NCBI RefSeq assembly: GCF_001194135.2
Contig: NC_068994.1
Span: 3,625,964 to 3,663,196 of the forward strand
From: Octopus bimaculoides
Taxonomy: Eukaryota
DNA: 37,233 nucleotides
Reading direction: 5' to 3'
Shown: piece after piece, positions 1 to 12,186 of the stretch
How the letters are laid out: each line of letters starts with the position of its first letter
Position numbering within the stretch: position 1 is the first letter of the stretch
The notes under the pieces: generated by a model
What the model saw: the letters and a program-made list of their open reading frames with translations, nothing else
What the model was told of the DNA's origin: nothing
Databases searched by the model: none
Program-made: the position numbers and the translations under genes

Positions 1-599
1 TATATATATATATATATGTGTGTGTGTATACATATACATATATATATACACACAAAACAACACAGCTACATTTATTCAGTCGTATATTTATTCACTCACT
101 TCCAGACACCACCATAGAGAGAGTTGGTGTGCGTGTCGAGGCAGTGTCCAGATTGGCTCGTCGTTTCTAATTCTCAGCGCACACACACACTTCCAAGTGG
201 CTGCCAGAATAACTGCCGAATGTCCAACAGCCATCGCTAACCATCCATTCTCATTATTATCATCATTAGTTTTGATTGCAGTTGATATTGTGATTGTTGT
301 AAGCGTAACCCTTCCACACAGAGAGAGAGAGAGAGAGAGACCCCATACACACACACACACACACACACACGCATTCATCCAGTTCTGCATCTCCCATGTT
401 ACATTACATCACACACATGCACGCACGCACACACATAGATGCATATAAACACATAGACGTATGCACACAGCTACATAGTGACATATAGAGCCACATCGAG
501 ACGTAGATACACAGCTACATGTAGGCACATAACCATATAGATACATAGAGTCACACACACGCACACATAGGCTATTATAGACTGCACTACAACCAGAAC

Positions 600-940
600 A
601 TACGGCTACCACTCGCAGTGCACCACCGCCACCGCCACCATCATCATAACCACCATCACCATCGGGCACCCGCCGCCCGCCGCCCCGTCCTTGCCTCTGC
701 TCCTATCCTCCGTCGTCTAATACTTGCTCTTCTTTCTACACTGCTCCATGACTCTCTGTCGCTAAATGTCTGTCTGTCTGTCTCCCTGTGAAACTCTTCT
801 TCTTCTTATCTATGTCTCCTCCATGCACGGGCGAGAAGCAGGAGGCCGGCCTCTTTAGCCAGCACTACATTTACACGGGTAAAATATCAACCATGGGTTC
901 CTGGCGGTTTTTGTCTTCAACCGTTTCAATCGGTAAGATT
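600..940 (+). promoter_or_regulatory. CpG/GC-rich island with candidate first exon ending at a donor (TCG|GTAAGA, GT at 933-934)
   Basis: GC-box-like CCGCCCGCCGCCCCG (about 670-686), several CpGs, and an abrupt switch to AT-rich sequence after the donor. Confidence 0.4.
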
Positions 941-1089
941 ACCATATAAGAAAAAAAAAATACCACATTAAATTAATAATAATAATAATGATAATAATAA
1001 TGATCATCATCATCATAATGATAAATTATATTAATTTAGCGCACCTTTCCTCTTTTTCTTAGCGATTAATTAATTGTATTCTCTATGTA

Positions 1090-1243
1090 TTGTGCCAAAA
1101 CCATCATATACATCCATTCATATATACACACTCACTTATATATAAATATATATGTATATATGTAAGTATGTATCTATATGCATATATATACTTCTACACG
1201 TTTATATATAGATATATTTACAAATATGTACAGGTGTACATAC

Positions 1244-1275
<32 letters not shown>

Positions 1276-3721
1276 GCGTGTGTATGTATACATACGTTAT
1301 ATTTATATCTATTCTATATATGGAATGTGGCAAGTGTTCTGGGCCAGTGTTTATATAGGTTGTATAATATTTGTGTATATTGTAAGAAGCATGTTTCTTA
1401 CTGTAAATACAAGCGATCTCTGTCTATCACTATATATACATATATATATTATACATAGTCTATGTTTATATATATATATATTTATACATAGTCTATGTTT
1501 ATGTTATATATATATATGTGTGTATGTGTGTGTGTCTTGTTTTATGTTAAGTTTATTGATCATTTCTCAGTCTCTATATATATATACGTATATACACACA
1601 GACACATTACACGTCTTAGCGACGTCTTTTGCAAGTGTGTATAGAGAGATTCATGATAGGAGAAGAGCTAGATGTGCCATGGAAGAGAGAGAGAGATTAC
1701 CAGACGTTTCGAAACGGGCATCCCTTTTTTCGTCCATTCCTTTTCCACGAATCTTACCAAGTTCCCTCTTCTGTCCCAACATCTACCATTTTCACACTTC
1801 TATAATTATTAATTCCATGTTCACCAGTTGGAGCAATCTCTTGTATGGCTTATATATATATCTTCTCCTGAATTATCCATCTATCTATCCCCAGCTCAAC
1901 CATTGATAGCCGCCACCTTCTTGACAAACCATTACACCTCAACTAATATTATTATCACTACAACTACTACTCCTCATAATAGTCTCCATGGCTCTCTTAA
2001 CAGTACCAGCTTGGTTTGTTAGATGTTGCTTTTGTAGTTCTTTTTTTATGAATGATCGTCTTGGGGGCCTCTCTCTGTATAAATAATGTATATATGCTTG
2101 TCTAATTAAGGTGACATCCCTCCCTCCCCACTCCGTCTCTTTGCCACCTGTCTGATCATTGCGGTTGTGATAACCCCCATATTTCTATATTCCCTCTTAT
2201 ATATACATATATACATACGATATACATATATATACATAACACACACACACATATATACACTATGTATATATATTAAATATATGTATGTTTATACGATGTC
2301 TCTCTCACATACATATATAAACAAAAACTATATTTATATACGCGTTTATTATTTATAGACCATTTCCACTTACACATTTGAACACTATAAAAATATATTT
2401 CACTATATATATACACCTATATAATTCTCTCATGGTAGGATGTAAATACTATACATATATGTATATACACTGTATATATATGTGTGTGTGTGTACAGTTT
2501 ATAAAATACACTATATATATACATACTATACAAGCCTCTTTTACACCATATATATATGTACACATACTATATGTAAGCTGTATTTACAGTATATGTATAT
2601 ATACTTTGTATACACTATAAGCTGTTATTTACGCTGTATATATATATGTGTGCGTGTGTATGTATGTGTGTATATCTATCTATCTATCTATATATATATA
2701 TATATATATATATATAGATATATACATATATATATATATATATATATCGATCTTCTCTTTCTATGCCTCTATTGTTGTTATGTCACTAATTAACGGTGTG
2801 GTACTTTTTAGACAGACCGATGTGACAGAAGAGGAAGAGGGTACCTTGTCATCATCATTATTACAAGACATCATCATCATCCTTATTATTATAGGAGAGT
2901 TAATGAAGAAAAGCCCGCCATAGCCAATAATAATCATCACCTATTCTATGTTTCTGTCTCTTTCCTCACCTAATGGACAAGAATTCCTCCTCTATATACC
3001 CACATAATACAGACTTTGGGGTCTGATTTACCATCCGCCAGTCCACTTTCTCTCAACATACAAACCGACACACCCTGAGACTTGCCTCAACGTACCCAGA
3101 CATCTATTTATCAATTTATACAGCTGTCTATTTTATTATTAGCTACTCGCGAGAAAGTAATATATATATAGAGACGGAGACCATATATACCCGTAATTTT
3201 ATACACACACGTTCAATTATTTCTACACTAAACATACCGTAATGTGTGTGCCTGTGTATAGAGTGTGTGAGGTATATAAATAATTGAATGGGTGCGTGTA
3301 TGAATCTACGGGTATATGTGGTCTCTCGTATAAAATATATAATGTTATGATTTAGTATGTAAATCCACGTATATGAAGTGTATATAAACATGTGTAATAT
3401 ATAAACACAGTAGTATATAAATAAGAACGGTTCAACTATGTATGTTTGTGTGTGTGTGTGTGTGTGTGTGTTTATAACGTGTTCGAGTGTTGTGTATCGA
3501 TAGCATATAATAGTGTAATGTGTATATTTTTACTCTATGTATGTGTGTGTATAATGTCTTTTGGTATTGTGTACACTCAGAACTAGATAAGATAAAGCTA
3601 CTAACGATAAACTTTAGTTCTCCGATGTTTAAATCATCACGAATGGTTAGTGTTATCAAAGAAACCAAGCCATAGAATTGTCATTATACAGCTGTGTCTA
3701 ACTTCGCGTTACCAGTGTATG

Positions 3722-3785
<64 letters not shown>

Positions 3786-3790
3786 CTATA
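1090..3790. repeat. Dense compound (TA)n/(TG)n/(CA)n/(TATC)n microsatellite region
   Basis: Direct reading. Similar blocks lie at 1-60, 20680-21180, 23455-23520, 24660-24790, 31160-31225, 31790-32010 and 36900-37233. Confidence 0.95.
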
Positions 3791-4639
3791 GCTACGTACG
3801 GGTGTGTGTGTGTGTCAGAGATACCAGGATGGGTTTATCTTTCGTTCCTGGGTGTGATGCAAGTAAAAAGTAAATTGCCCCCTGGCTAGGATGGCAGTCT
3901 ATCACAGCTAGCATTTCTCATATGATCTGGTACCGACTGCTAAAAGCTACATAAATTAGCATGCGAAATAAAGTGTTCTGCTCAAAATCTCAACAAAATA
4001 CCTGCAACTGATTTGAACTCGTAATCTTGCAGTCAGTCTCTTACTTATCACCAACTTGGTTGTCTTTATATGTATACTTCCACACGAGCTACGGCCGTCA
4101 TGACAGCATTATTAGCCCCTTGGCAAATCAATCACTGGGTCCTTTTTATTGACAGCAAACCACAACATCCAAAAATCAGAATTGGGTCCCTGGACTCCAG
4201 GGGCCCTCTGGGAAGCTGTCCAGCGTGCACATAGCACAAGGCTGCCCTGGCACGTGCACAGATATATAAATAGATGGGGGTTTTCTGTTTCTTTTAGTTT
4301 GGAGGGGAGAACCATTGTCTTGAACCTTTTCAGGGCCCCTGACAGTTGAGAGGAAAGGAAGGAGGTACCTTTAAATGTAAGCCCCGGTCTGGGTGCTTGT
4401 GACTGGGTCAACTCTACTTAAAGTCCCCCAAGGCACCAGGTAGTGGTGTTAGACTGGACAATGAATTAAGTCTTATCACTGATGCAGGACATAACAGGGT
4501 TTAACAAAAATCTATTTTATAAGGCATCTCTTCGTCCACTACTCCACTTTATTTATCAACCCTGGAAGGATGAGAGCCAAAGTTGAGCTTAGGAGATGTG
4601 AACGCACAAAGTAAGATGACCAAATGTCTCTGCCAATTC

Positions 4640-4870
4640 ATCTTTCTACCCACCTTAGCTAGACTCTTCATCTCTCTACTCCTCTACTCACCATAACCAG
4701 ACAGACTCCTCAACTTTCTGCCCACAATAGACTCCTAATCTCTCGACCCAACTTAGCCAGACTCTTCATCTTACCACCCACCTTATCTCGACTCCTCCCC
4801 TCTCTTTGTCTCTCTCTACCCACCTTAACTAAACTCCTAATCTCTCTATCCAACTTAGCCAGACTCTTCT
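4640..4870. repeat. Degenerate ~31-bp minisatellite (about 7-8 units)
   Basis: Recurring CTCTCTACCCACCTTAGCCAGACTC(T/C)T(C/A)AT-like unit. Confidence 0.75.
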
Positions 4871-5003
4871 CCCCCTCCCCCTCATCTTTACACCCATCTC
4901 ATATACCCCTTCACTCTTAATTACTTCAACAGTACCCTTATTTTTTCTATTCACCTCAACTGATGTTACCTCTATCTTCATATTGCACCCCCCCCCCCCC
5001 CCC

Positions 5004-5022
5004 NNNNNNNNNNNNNNNNNNN
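5004..5022. other. Assembly gap (19 N) after a poly-C run
   Basis: N run. Confidence 1.
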
Positions 5023-5689
5023 AGACCCCTCATCATTTATCTCCAAATGCAACAAGCCCTCGACAGAACAACATTGCCCTATTTCATACCACCGAACCAG
5101 TTAGTCAAAGAGAGGAGTGGAAGAGCAGAGAAACGGATTTGCTGTTGCATAGCTACAAGTCTTCCAACTTCTACATTACGGCCCTTAGCCACTCTAATCT
5201 CCTCGCTTCCATCACCAGTATTAAGTTACGGACTTGGCACAACTTATCTTACATTTTCTTTTTTTTTTTGCGTGTGAGTCTGGCCTGTTGCTGTAAACTC
5301 TAGCTCTTTGATTGCTCTTCACTGTATGCTACCAATGCACTCTGAGCAGTTGCAATGCACCAGCCAACTGCATGTCAGACATACCACTTCCTTTTGAACA
5401 TTCCCTTCCCTTCATTTTCCTCCTCTTCGTCATCATTCTATTCATTATCATTGATTTAATGAGAGTCAGACCTGCAGAACAGCTGAACTTTCTGTCCCCC
5501 ACACCCAGCTCTTTATTCTTATCACTTCATCCATCTTTCTAGAGGTCGTCCTGCCATAACCAGCTTGCAAGGGTCACTCAACACCATTTGTCTTTTCCTT
5601 ATGGAATTATGGGATCAGCCTTGCCTTCTGTCCTTACAAGATCAATAAAATAAAGTACCAGTTAAGCACTGAAGTTGAAGACATTGGTT

Positions 5690-5872
5690 TCAAACTTTGG
5701 CACAGGGCCAAAAATTTGAGGGGAGGGGCAAGTCAATTACATCGACCCCAGTGATCAGCTGGTCCTTATTTTATCGATCCCAAATGGATGAAAGGCAGAG
5801 TGTAAAAACGGACGAAATACCACTAAGCATTTTGCCCAGTGGGCTAAAGATTTGGCCAACTAACCACCTTAA
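5690..5872 (-). mobile_element. SINE family A copy
   Basis: Contains GGCACAGGGCC...ATCGACCCCAG...GGATGAAAGGCA...CTAAGCATTTTGCCC. Opposite-strand copies or fragments lie at about 5610-5670, 5945-6090 and 6095-6250. Confidence 0.75.
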
Positions 5873-6505
5873 CTGAAGCCAAAGAAGAACTGACAAACCC
5901 TCTTCCCTTAAAAACTTTCTGGTCAGTACCAATTGGTAAGAGCAGTACTGAGTTCAAATCCTGCTGGGGTTTACTTTGCTATTCATCCTTTCAGGGTTGA
6001 TAAACTAAGTACCAGTTGTGCACTGGGGTCAGTGTAATCAACTTACCCCCTACCCTTAATATTGCTAACCTTGTGCCAAAATAAGTAAGAATTATTAAGG
6101 GCAATTGGCAGGCAGAATCATTATTAAAAATACCTTGCTGTATTTCTTAGGTTCTCGGTTCAAATCCCACTAAAGTCAACAGAACATTTCATCTTTCTCA
6201 GGTTTAAGAAGCGAAGTACAAAGGAAGTCCTGGGCTTGATTTCATTGGTTTTTAAAAAGGGTTTTTTTTTTGGCAACTATACAAACCTGGTGAAGAAACA
6301 TCCAGCTACATGTGTATGTCACTGAGTGCATTTCCAGTCTGAGCTAATGGTTGATTCATGGAATTTCCAACTGCAAGAGCAATGAGGAAACGTGCATAAC
6401 TCGTTACAGAACAAATATAACAAAGGACTTTGTTCAAATGGTTACCAGTTCTTAAATTTTTAATACCAATATTTACATCCTTCCCCACCAGCTCCAATAA
6501 ATATA

Positions 6506-6750
6506 TACATCATTTACATTATTTACATTTGACAGATATTTGTCCGCATCTTGTTTGTTGTTAATACAATGTTTCAGCTGATATACCCTCCAGCCTTCGT
6601 CAGGTATCTTGGGGAAATTTCGAACCTGGTATATGGCATAGTGGTTGAGAGTGCGGGCTAGGGCTACTAACCCCAAGATTCCAAGTTCGATTCCAAGCAG
6701 TGACCTAAATAATAATAATAATAATAACATCGATAAAATACCTTAGGAAT
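6506..6750. mobile_element. tRNA-headed repeat with a Penelope-like hammerhead-containing tail; rearranged copy (tail on -, head on +)
   Basis: 6632-6706 has Pol III A box TGGCATAGTGG (6634-6644) and B box GTTCGATTCC (6685-6694), then (AAT)n and AAAATACCTTAGGAAT. 6506-6629 is the reverse complement of the sequence that directly follows AAAATACCTTAGGAAT in the copy at 28398-28520. Confidence 0.75.
6563..6608 (-). ncRNA. Degenerate minimal type-I hammerhead ribozyme motif (Penelope-like)
   Basis: Minus strand reads GATAC-CTGACGA-A-GGCTG-gagggtatat-CAGCT-GAAA-CATT-GTATT. Core boxes, stem II and stem I (GAUAC/GUAUU) are present. Stem III ACAU looks like a CpG-decayed palindromic ACGU. Confidence 0.65.
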
Positions 6751-7264
6751 ACATATGGTTGGAATGTGAACTTCTTAACCACACTCAGACACACACGCAT
6801 GTATATATAATGGGCTTCGACACAGTCTCCACCTACCAAACTCCATTCACAAGACATGGGCCACTCCAAGACTGTGGTAGAAGTGACTTGCTCTAAGGTA
6901 CTGTTTAGTTGAATTGAACCTTGAACAACCATTCCTCTGCCTTATGATAAATAGATCCTGTCTAAGGTCTACGTATTGTTTTACTTCCAACTGATATATT
7001 GACTGTGAGCTTGAGTGATGCTCTTCACTCTACTTTTATAACATGGCATTTTCCCAAGTATCTTGTTGGTTTCGTGATGTTTATTGATCTCTTTCTCTTT
7101 CCTGACATCTTGCTCCACCTTCAATATTTCACACCGTTTAATCTTAACTCTTAATCAGATATTTCACTCAAATTCCCATTGCATGTAATAATCTCAAGGA
7201 GGAGGAGGAGGAGGAGCTGCTGGTGATGGTGGTGGTGGAGGAATAGGAGGAGTTCTTGCTTACT

Positions 7265-7650
7265 TTTATCTTCTATCTTTTACTTGTTTCAGTCATTACC
7301 CTGTGGCCATGCTGGGGCACCACCCCGAGGAATTTTCATTGAATGAATCTACCCCATTACTGTATCTTTTTTTATTTAAAGTCTGGTAGTTATTCTATCA
7401 GTCTCTTTTGCCAAACTGCTAAGTTACAGGGATGTAAACACATCAACATTGATTGTCAAGCAGTGTGGGAAACAGACACACACACACACATACGAAGGGC
7501 TTCTTTCAGTTTCTATCTACTGAATCCTTTCACAAGGCTTTGGTCAACCAGAGGGTATAGTAGCAGAGGACACTTGCCCAAGGTGCCACACAGTGGGACC
7601 GAACCTAGAACCATGTGGTTGAGAAGCAAACTTCTTACCACACAGCCCCA
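7265..7650 (-). mobile_element. tRNA-derived SINE, family B (CORE-like ACCTTGGGCAAGTG segment, internal (CA/TA)n)
   Basis: Minus strand has head GGCTGTGTGGTAAGAAG...GGTTCGGTCCC, then GGCACCTTGGGCAAGTGTC and tail ...CCAGCATGGCCACAG...ACAAGTAAAAGA. It resembles octopus CORE-type SINEs (from memory). Confidence 0.8.
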
Positions 7651-7844
7651 CCTGCTGTTTATAATCTTAACTAAATGTGGATCAGACTGAATGCAAACCT
7701 ACTCTTCCATCTTCTCTGCCTTAATATCCAAACATCTGATTTATAGACAACACCAAACTACTTCTCGATCTGGAGATGTTTGCCTTTGTAGGAATCGTAC
7801 AAATCTTTGTTGGTTGTTTTCTTTTGTTCTTGAATTTGTATTGA

Positions 7845-8173
7845 CCATCGAGCGTTGGGTCTCACAGGGGCAGTGACTGATGACCGCGACTTTTGGCAAT
7901 ACACCATGCTTGAGAATACCCATCATGCCAAGTGAGATCGTGGTCGTGGTCAATGCCGGTGTGACGTCAATGGCACCCGTGCTGGTGGCATGTAAAAAGC
8001 ACCCACCACACTCTTGGAATGGTTGGCATTAGGAAGGGCATCCAGCTGCAGAAACCATGCCAGATAAGATTGGAACCTGGTGCAGTTCCCCGGCTTACCA
8101 GTTTGCAGTCAAACCATCCAACCCATGCCAGCATGGAAAGCAGATGTTAAATGATGATGATGATGATGATGAT
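7845..8173 (+). mobile_element. 5'-truncated LINE (RTE-like) 3' end with (GAT)n tail
   Basis: 7852-7935 reads ALGLTGAVTDDRDFWQYTMLENTHHAK*, an LGL...DR..W ORF2-terminus motif. The 3'UTR ends CCAACCCATGCCAGCATGGAAAGCAGATGTTAAA(TGA)n. Confidence 0.75.
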
Positions 8174-9221
8174 TACAGCCATGACCCCGCTGGAGGACTG
8201 CCAACATAATATGTTGTACACCTCACTGCTTGGTTTATTGTATTTGAACTGGCATTCTGTTGGTTGCAACAATCACTGATCCAATCAGTGAAACAGCTGA
8301 CTTGTGAAATTAATATGCAAGCGGCTGAGCACTCCACAGACATGTGTACCCTTAATGTAGGTCTCAGGTTTTTTTCCCATTTTTACATTTTTTAGTCAGT
8401 GGGGAAGGCATAACTCATGCCCCTGTACAGAGCCTCCAAGACTGATGAGAGGGAAAAAGTTATCCCTAAACCGGACATTGAGGGCCCTTAAGGCTTTCAA
8501 CAGACTAGGATCCACGAAAGGCACACTAAGTGCAGAGTGAAGCAATTGGGTGAGAATTCGGGGGTTATGGAAGTTTGGCACAACCAACTGGACACTGAAG
8601 TGTTTTCGTCAAAGTACTTTACGACATTGGTGACACACGCATGCGCACACACACAGAAATACATGCACACATGCATATATATTAATGTTTTTTTTTTTTG
8701 TTTATTTGTAAAAACCATTTTACATTGATCTGATGGGTTACTCTATATTTTTGTAGAGTAAAAATTTATCATTCCAACAATGGCTTAACTGGCTGAAACT
8801 TCGAAGTCACTGTCAGTAATATTCCCATTTAAGAATAAATATATATTAGAGAGGGGGAGAAAGAGAGACATTCCAATTTATTAATTGAACACGAATGACA
8901 AACATTTTCTCCTCATGAGAAATATGGTCAGAGAGAGCAAGGTGTTGAGAGATAATGTGAGAAACATTAAAATGTCTGATACTCAGCATCAAATCAGTGG
9001 TGCCAAGTGGGCAGCGCCAAAACGGCTGTGCCAAAACATCCCATACACCACTAAGTGCCAGCTGGTAGTTAAACTAAGTGATGGATTAAGTTTATCATTT
9101 TTATAGGCCATAACAGGATTTGAACTCAGAACAAATACCACAAGGTGTCTGGTTGGATTTTCTTATAGTTCTGTGCCAATCCACAACCATAGATTAGTCT
9201 TCTCTTTTTTATGGATCTGGT

Positions 9222-9405
9222 GCCACATAAAAAGCACGCACTCCACTCCGTAAAGTGGTTGGTGTTAGGAAGAGTATTTGGCCATAGAAACCATGCCAAA
9301 GCAGACAGCAGACCTTGGTGCAATGCTATGGCTTGTCAGCTTTTGTCAAACTGTCCAACCCATGCCAGCATGGAAAATCAATGTGAGATGGTGGTGGTTG
9401 TGGTA
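9222..9405 (+). mobile_element. 3'UTR fragment of the same LINE family
   Basis: Shares AAAAGCAC...GGTTGG..TTAGGAAG...GAAACCATGCCA...CCAACCCATGCCAGCATGGAAA with 7990-8150. Further fragments lie at about 13495-13680 (+), 10625-10690 (-), 10972-11055 (-) and 25470-25520 (-). Confidence 0.7.
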
Positions 9406-10221
9406 ACGGATCTGAAAGGACGTCAGTCATTTTGTCCAGTGATCCAACGACTCTGCCAGTTTGCCATGGTAATGTGTCAGACTTTTAAGGAAATAATCCA
9501 CTGACGGAGCATCTATGTGGTCACTCCATCTGCTAGAAATAGCTGCCAAATCAGTGAAATCACAATATATATTTATAAAGCACGCGTTGGATAATGTATT
9601 CCAACATAGTTACAAAAAGAGGAGATGGTCATGTTTGGCCTAATCAGGGATGACCTTGGACTAAACAGCAATAATGAAGAAAGAAAGGCCCTATATAGTC
9701 ACTTGACTTGCTAGAAATAGCAACCAAATCACCCTCATCACAACCTTACATACCAATTAACAGATGGAGTGAGAGCTAAACGACCTTTTTTCAGATGAGA
9801 CAAAACAGACAACAGATGATACCAGTGCCATTGAAAAGGCTGTTAGGAAGGAGGCCCCAGGGATAACTCCAGTTCAATAGTGCAGGTGGAGGGAGCAATG
9901 AAAACATAACAAAGTTCCGTTTATTCAAACCCTGTGGAAGGATTCCGACCACCACCTCAAGGAACTAAAGGTGGACTAACTCATTAAAGAACTTTGAGCA
10001 ATTGGCAGTTCGGGTTGGCAAGCAGTTCACTGTGAGCTGTGATTGAGAGGGGTGAGTCTCATGTAAATAGTAACAGGAGTGCAACGTGTAAGTACTTTCT
10101 TTCCCCCCTGCTTCGTTATTGTGGATATCCAACAGACAAGGATATAAGATAAACTAAGTAAGTACTTGAGGGAAACTAGCTTTCCCTGTGCTGTCCAAAA
10201 CAATGAAATCTGTTACAAGTA

Positions 10222-10335
10222 CAAGCAGCAACAGCAGCAGCAACAGCAGCAACAGCAGCAGCATTGTCATCACCAGTACCACCACTGTCATCATCATCAT
10301 CATCTCATCATCCCACATCATCATCACCTACATCA
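10222..10335. repeat. Compound (CAG/CAA)n-(CAT/CAC)n trinucleotide microsatellite
   Basis: Direct reading. Confidence 0.9.
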
Positions 10336-10480
10336 CTGGTTCTCAACCAGAGCCTTTATGACCCTTGGGGTGGGGTCCACATAAGATTTTGCTGTTTCTG
10401 TGCAATAAACTGGTTATACTTCTACAGTACACAAAATACTTAAACATAAAACAGGGAGAACATTTGGGACCATATATGGT
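10334..10480 (+). mobile_element. Possible hAT (Charlie-like) MITE remnant
   Basis: Starts CACTGGTTCTCAACC, close to the CAGTGGTTCTCAA terminus of Charlie-type elements, followed by GGGGTCCAC. The matching end was not found. Confidence 0.3.
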
Positions 10481-11989
10481 CTGCTTCAATGCGAATGGGT
10501 TAATATCAAACACTTTACAAAGTGCGCTGGGTATATTTTATCAGGGTGCAAGCTCTGTGTCCCCAACACTACAAGGTCCTTTGATCCCTTCATTGTTTAT
10601 ACTCAGCTCCCAATCGCTTTACATACATCATCACCGTCGTCATCATTCCTCAACATTTCGTGCCTGTATGCCATGCTGTCATGGGATGGATGATTCGACA
10701 GGATTCATGGCAGATTTTAATTGGACTTCCAATCTTACTTTCCAAGACAGATTGGAGGATCACATCTCACTCAGACATCTCAATTTTTGAGAACGTACAG
10801 AATTGTTTAAGATAAACAAAAGGTACTTTACACAATAGATAAATCCTGAGTTTTGCTTCATTGGATTCTAAACAGCTTACAGAGTATATAATCAAGACAT
10901 TGTAAAGAAGAATGAAAAATTCTACATCTTCAAAATCCGATATTCCTTCAAGGACTGCATCATGCTCCAGTGTCTGCTTTGGCATAATCTGTGCAGCTGG
11001 ATGCCCTTCCTAGCACCAACCATTTTACTGTGTTTGCTGGGTACATTTTTATGCAGCTTGCAGGGATAAAACAAAAAGTATGAGAGAAAAAGAAAAGACC
11101 TGGAGCAGAACAGTTCTCTTGGTGATGAGCAGCTTCATCACTACTCCAATATTCATTATACTATTAAATGTAGCTTTATCTGTTTCAAGTTCCACCGTTA
11201 AAAATGATTTACTTCATATCTCTTGAAGTTTCTTAATTCCTATGCTGTTAGCATCTTCCAATTCTCATGACCAAGAACAAACCTTCTAAAATGGATGAAG
11301 AAAATCTCAATGGCTTCTTTGGTATAATGGTTCTACTTGTGTCTCAAAGCAACCTTGACATGTCTACAGAAGATGTGGGTTTGGGTGTTATCAGCCCTGG
11401 AAAAATAAAAGGCAAAGGTGACATCAGCAGCTTTTAAATTCCAAAGACTGGATCCTCCATGATATTAGTTTTACCTCTGTGACTTAGTAAGGTGCAAGTG
11501 AGGGCCTCTCAATGTTTCTGAGATGCTGGACACTCACCTCATACTTTCATCTTGACCACCTTCAGAACCTCTTAACCAGATCCAGATCCTTTCCTCAACA
11601 ATACGCACAGGATTGCCATTATGTGCAAGTTGAGTGGCAGCTTCAAAACAGCAATAGTCTTGCATCTTGCTACAAAATTACAGTAATTACAGGTGCAATA
11701 TTAATCTGGTTCATTTAACAAACTCTTTGCTGAAATTTATTTGATCAAAAATGGTTTTCATCTGTTTCACCAGAAGCATCCAGAAAAACTATTCCCCACG
11801 AGTTTGATGTCATCAATTGCTCGATCCTTGTAAAAACTTTGTCTTTCATCAGGAACCTAAAGTGGTTCTTTCAGTAGACCTATTTTTGGATGTCAGCTGG
11901 TTGCCTGCCTCAGCTGAGGGTTGCAGCTGGCTGTCCCCACTGTACAAGATCTTTATCAGCCATAACACCATACAGCAATTTCCTTTCTA

Positions 11990-12186
11990 CCATAGGCACA
12001 AAACCTGAAATTTTGGTGGTTGGGGAGAAGTCAATTACATCTACCCCACTACACAACTGATACTCATTCCATCGACCCTGGAAGGATAAGTCAACCTCAG
12101 CTGAATTTGAACTCAGAACATGAACACAGATGAAAAACCATTAAGCATTTTGTCCAGCATGCTAACAATTCTTGCAGCTCATCACT
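11990..12186 (-). mobile_element. SINE family A copy (old)
   Basis: Contains ATAGGCACAAAACCTGAAATTTT...GAATTTGAACTCAGAAC...AAGCATTTTGTCCAGCATGCTAAC. Confidence 0.75.

Noticed and set aside
20-3900. Numerous ORFs rich in Y/I/C/V/H/T (for example 1178-1906, 242 aa)
   Set aside because: These are translations of (TA)n, (CA)n and (TG)n microsatellites, which lack stops in some frames; there are no domain features.
6632-6706. Possible tRNA gene
   Set aside because: A and B boxes are present, but the acceptor stem is not formed, there is a 6-nt internal duplication (GGGCTA twice), and it is fused to repeat sequence. Interpreted as a SINE head.
8440-8465. Other CTGATGA occurrences (about 7876, 8443, 22406, 33058 on -)
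   Set aside because: No stem II followed by GAAA, so they are not hammerhead cores.
10166-10384. Poly-Q/poly-His ORF resembling a transcription-factor segment
   Set aside because: Compound trinucleotide microsatellite with a non-ATG start and no convincing splice context.
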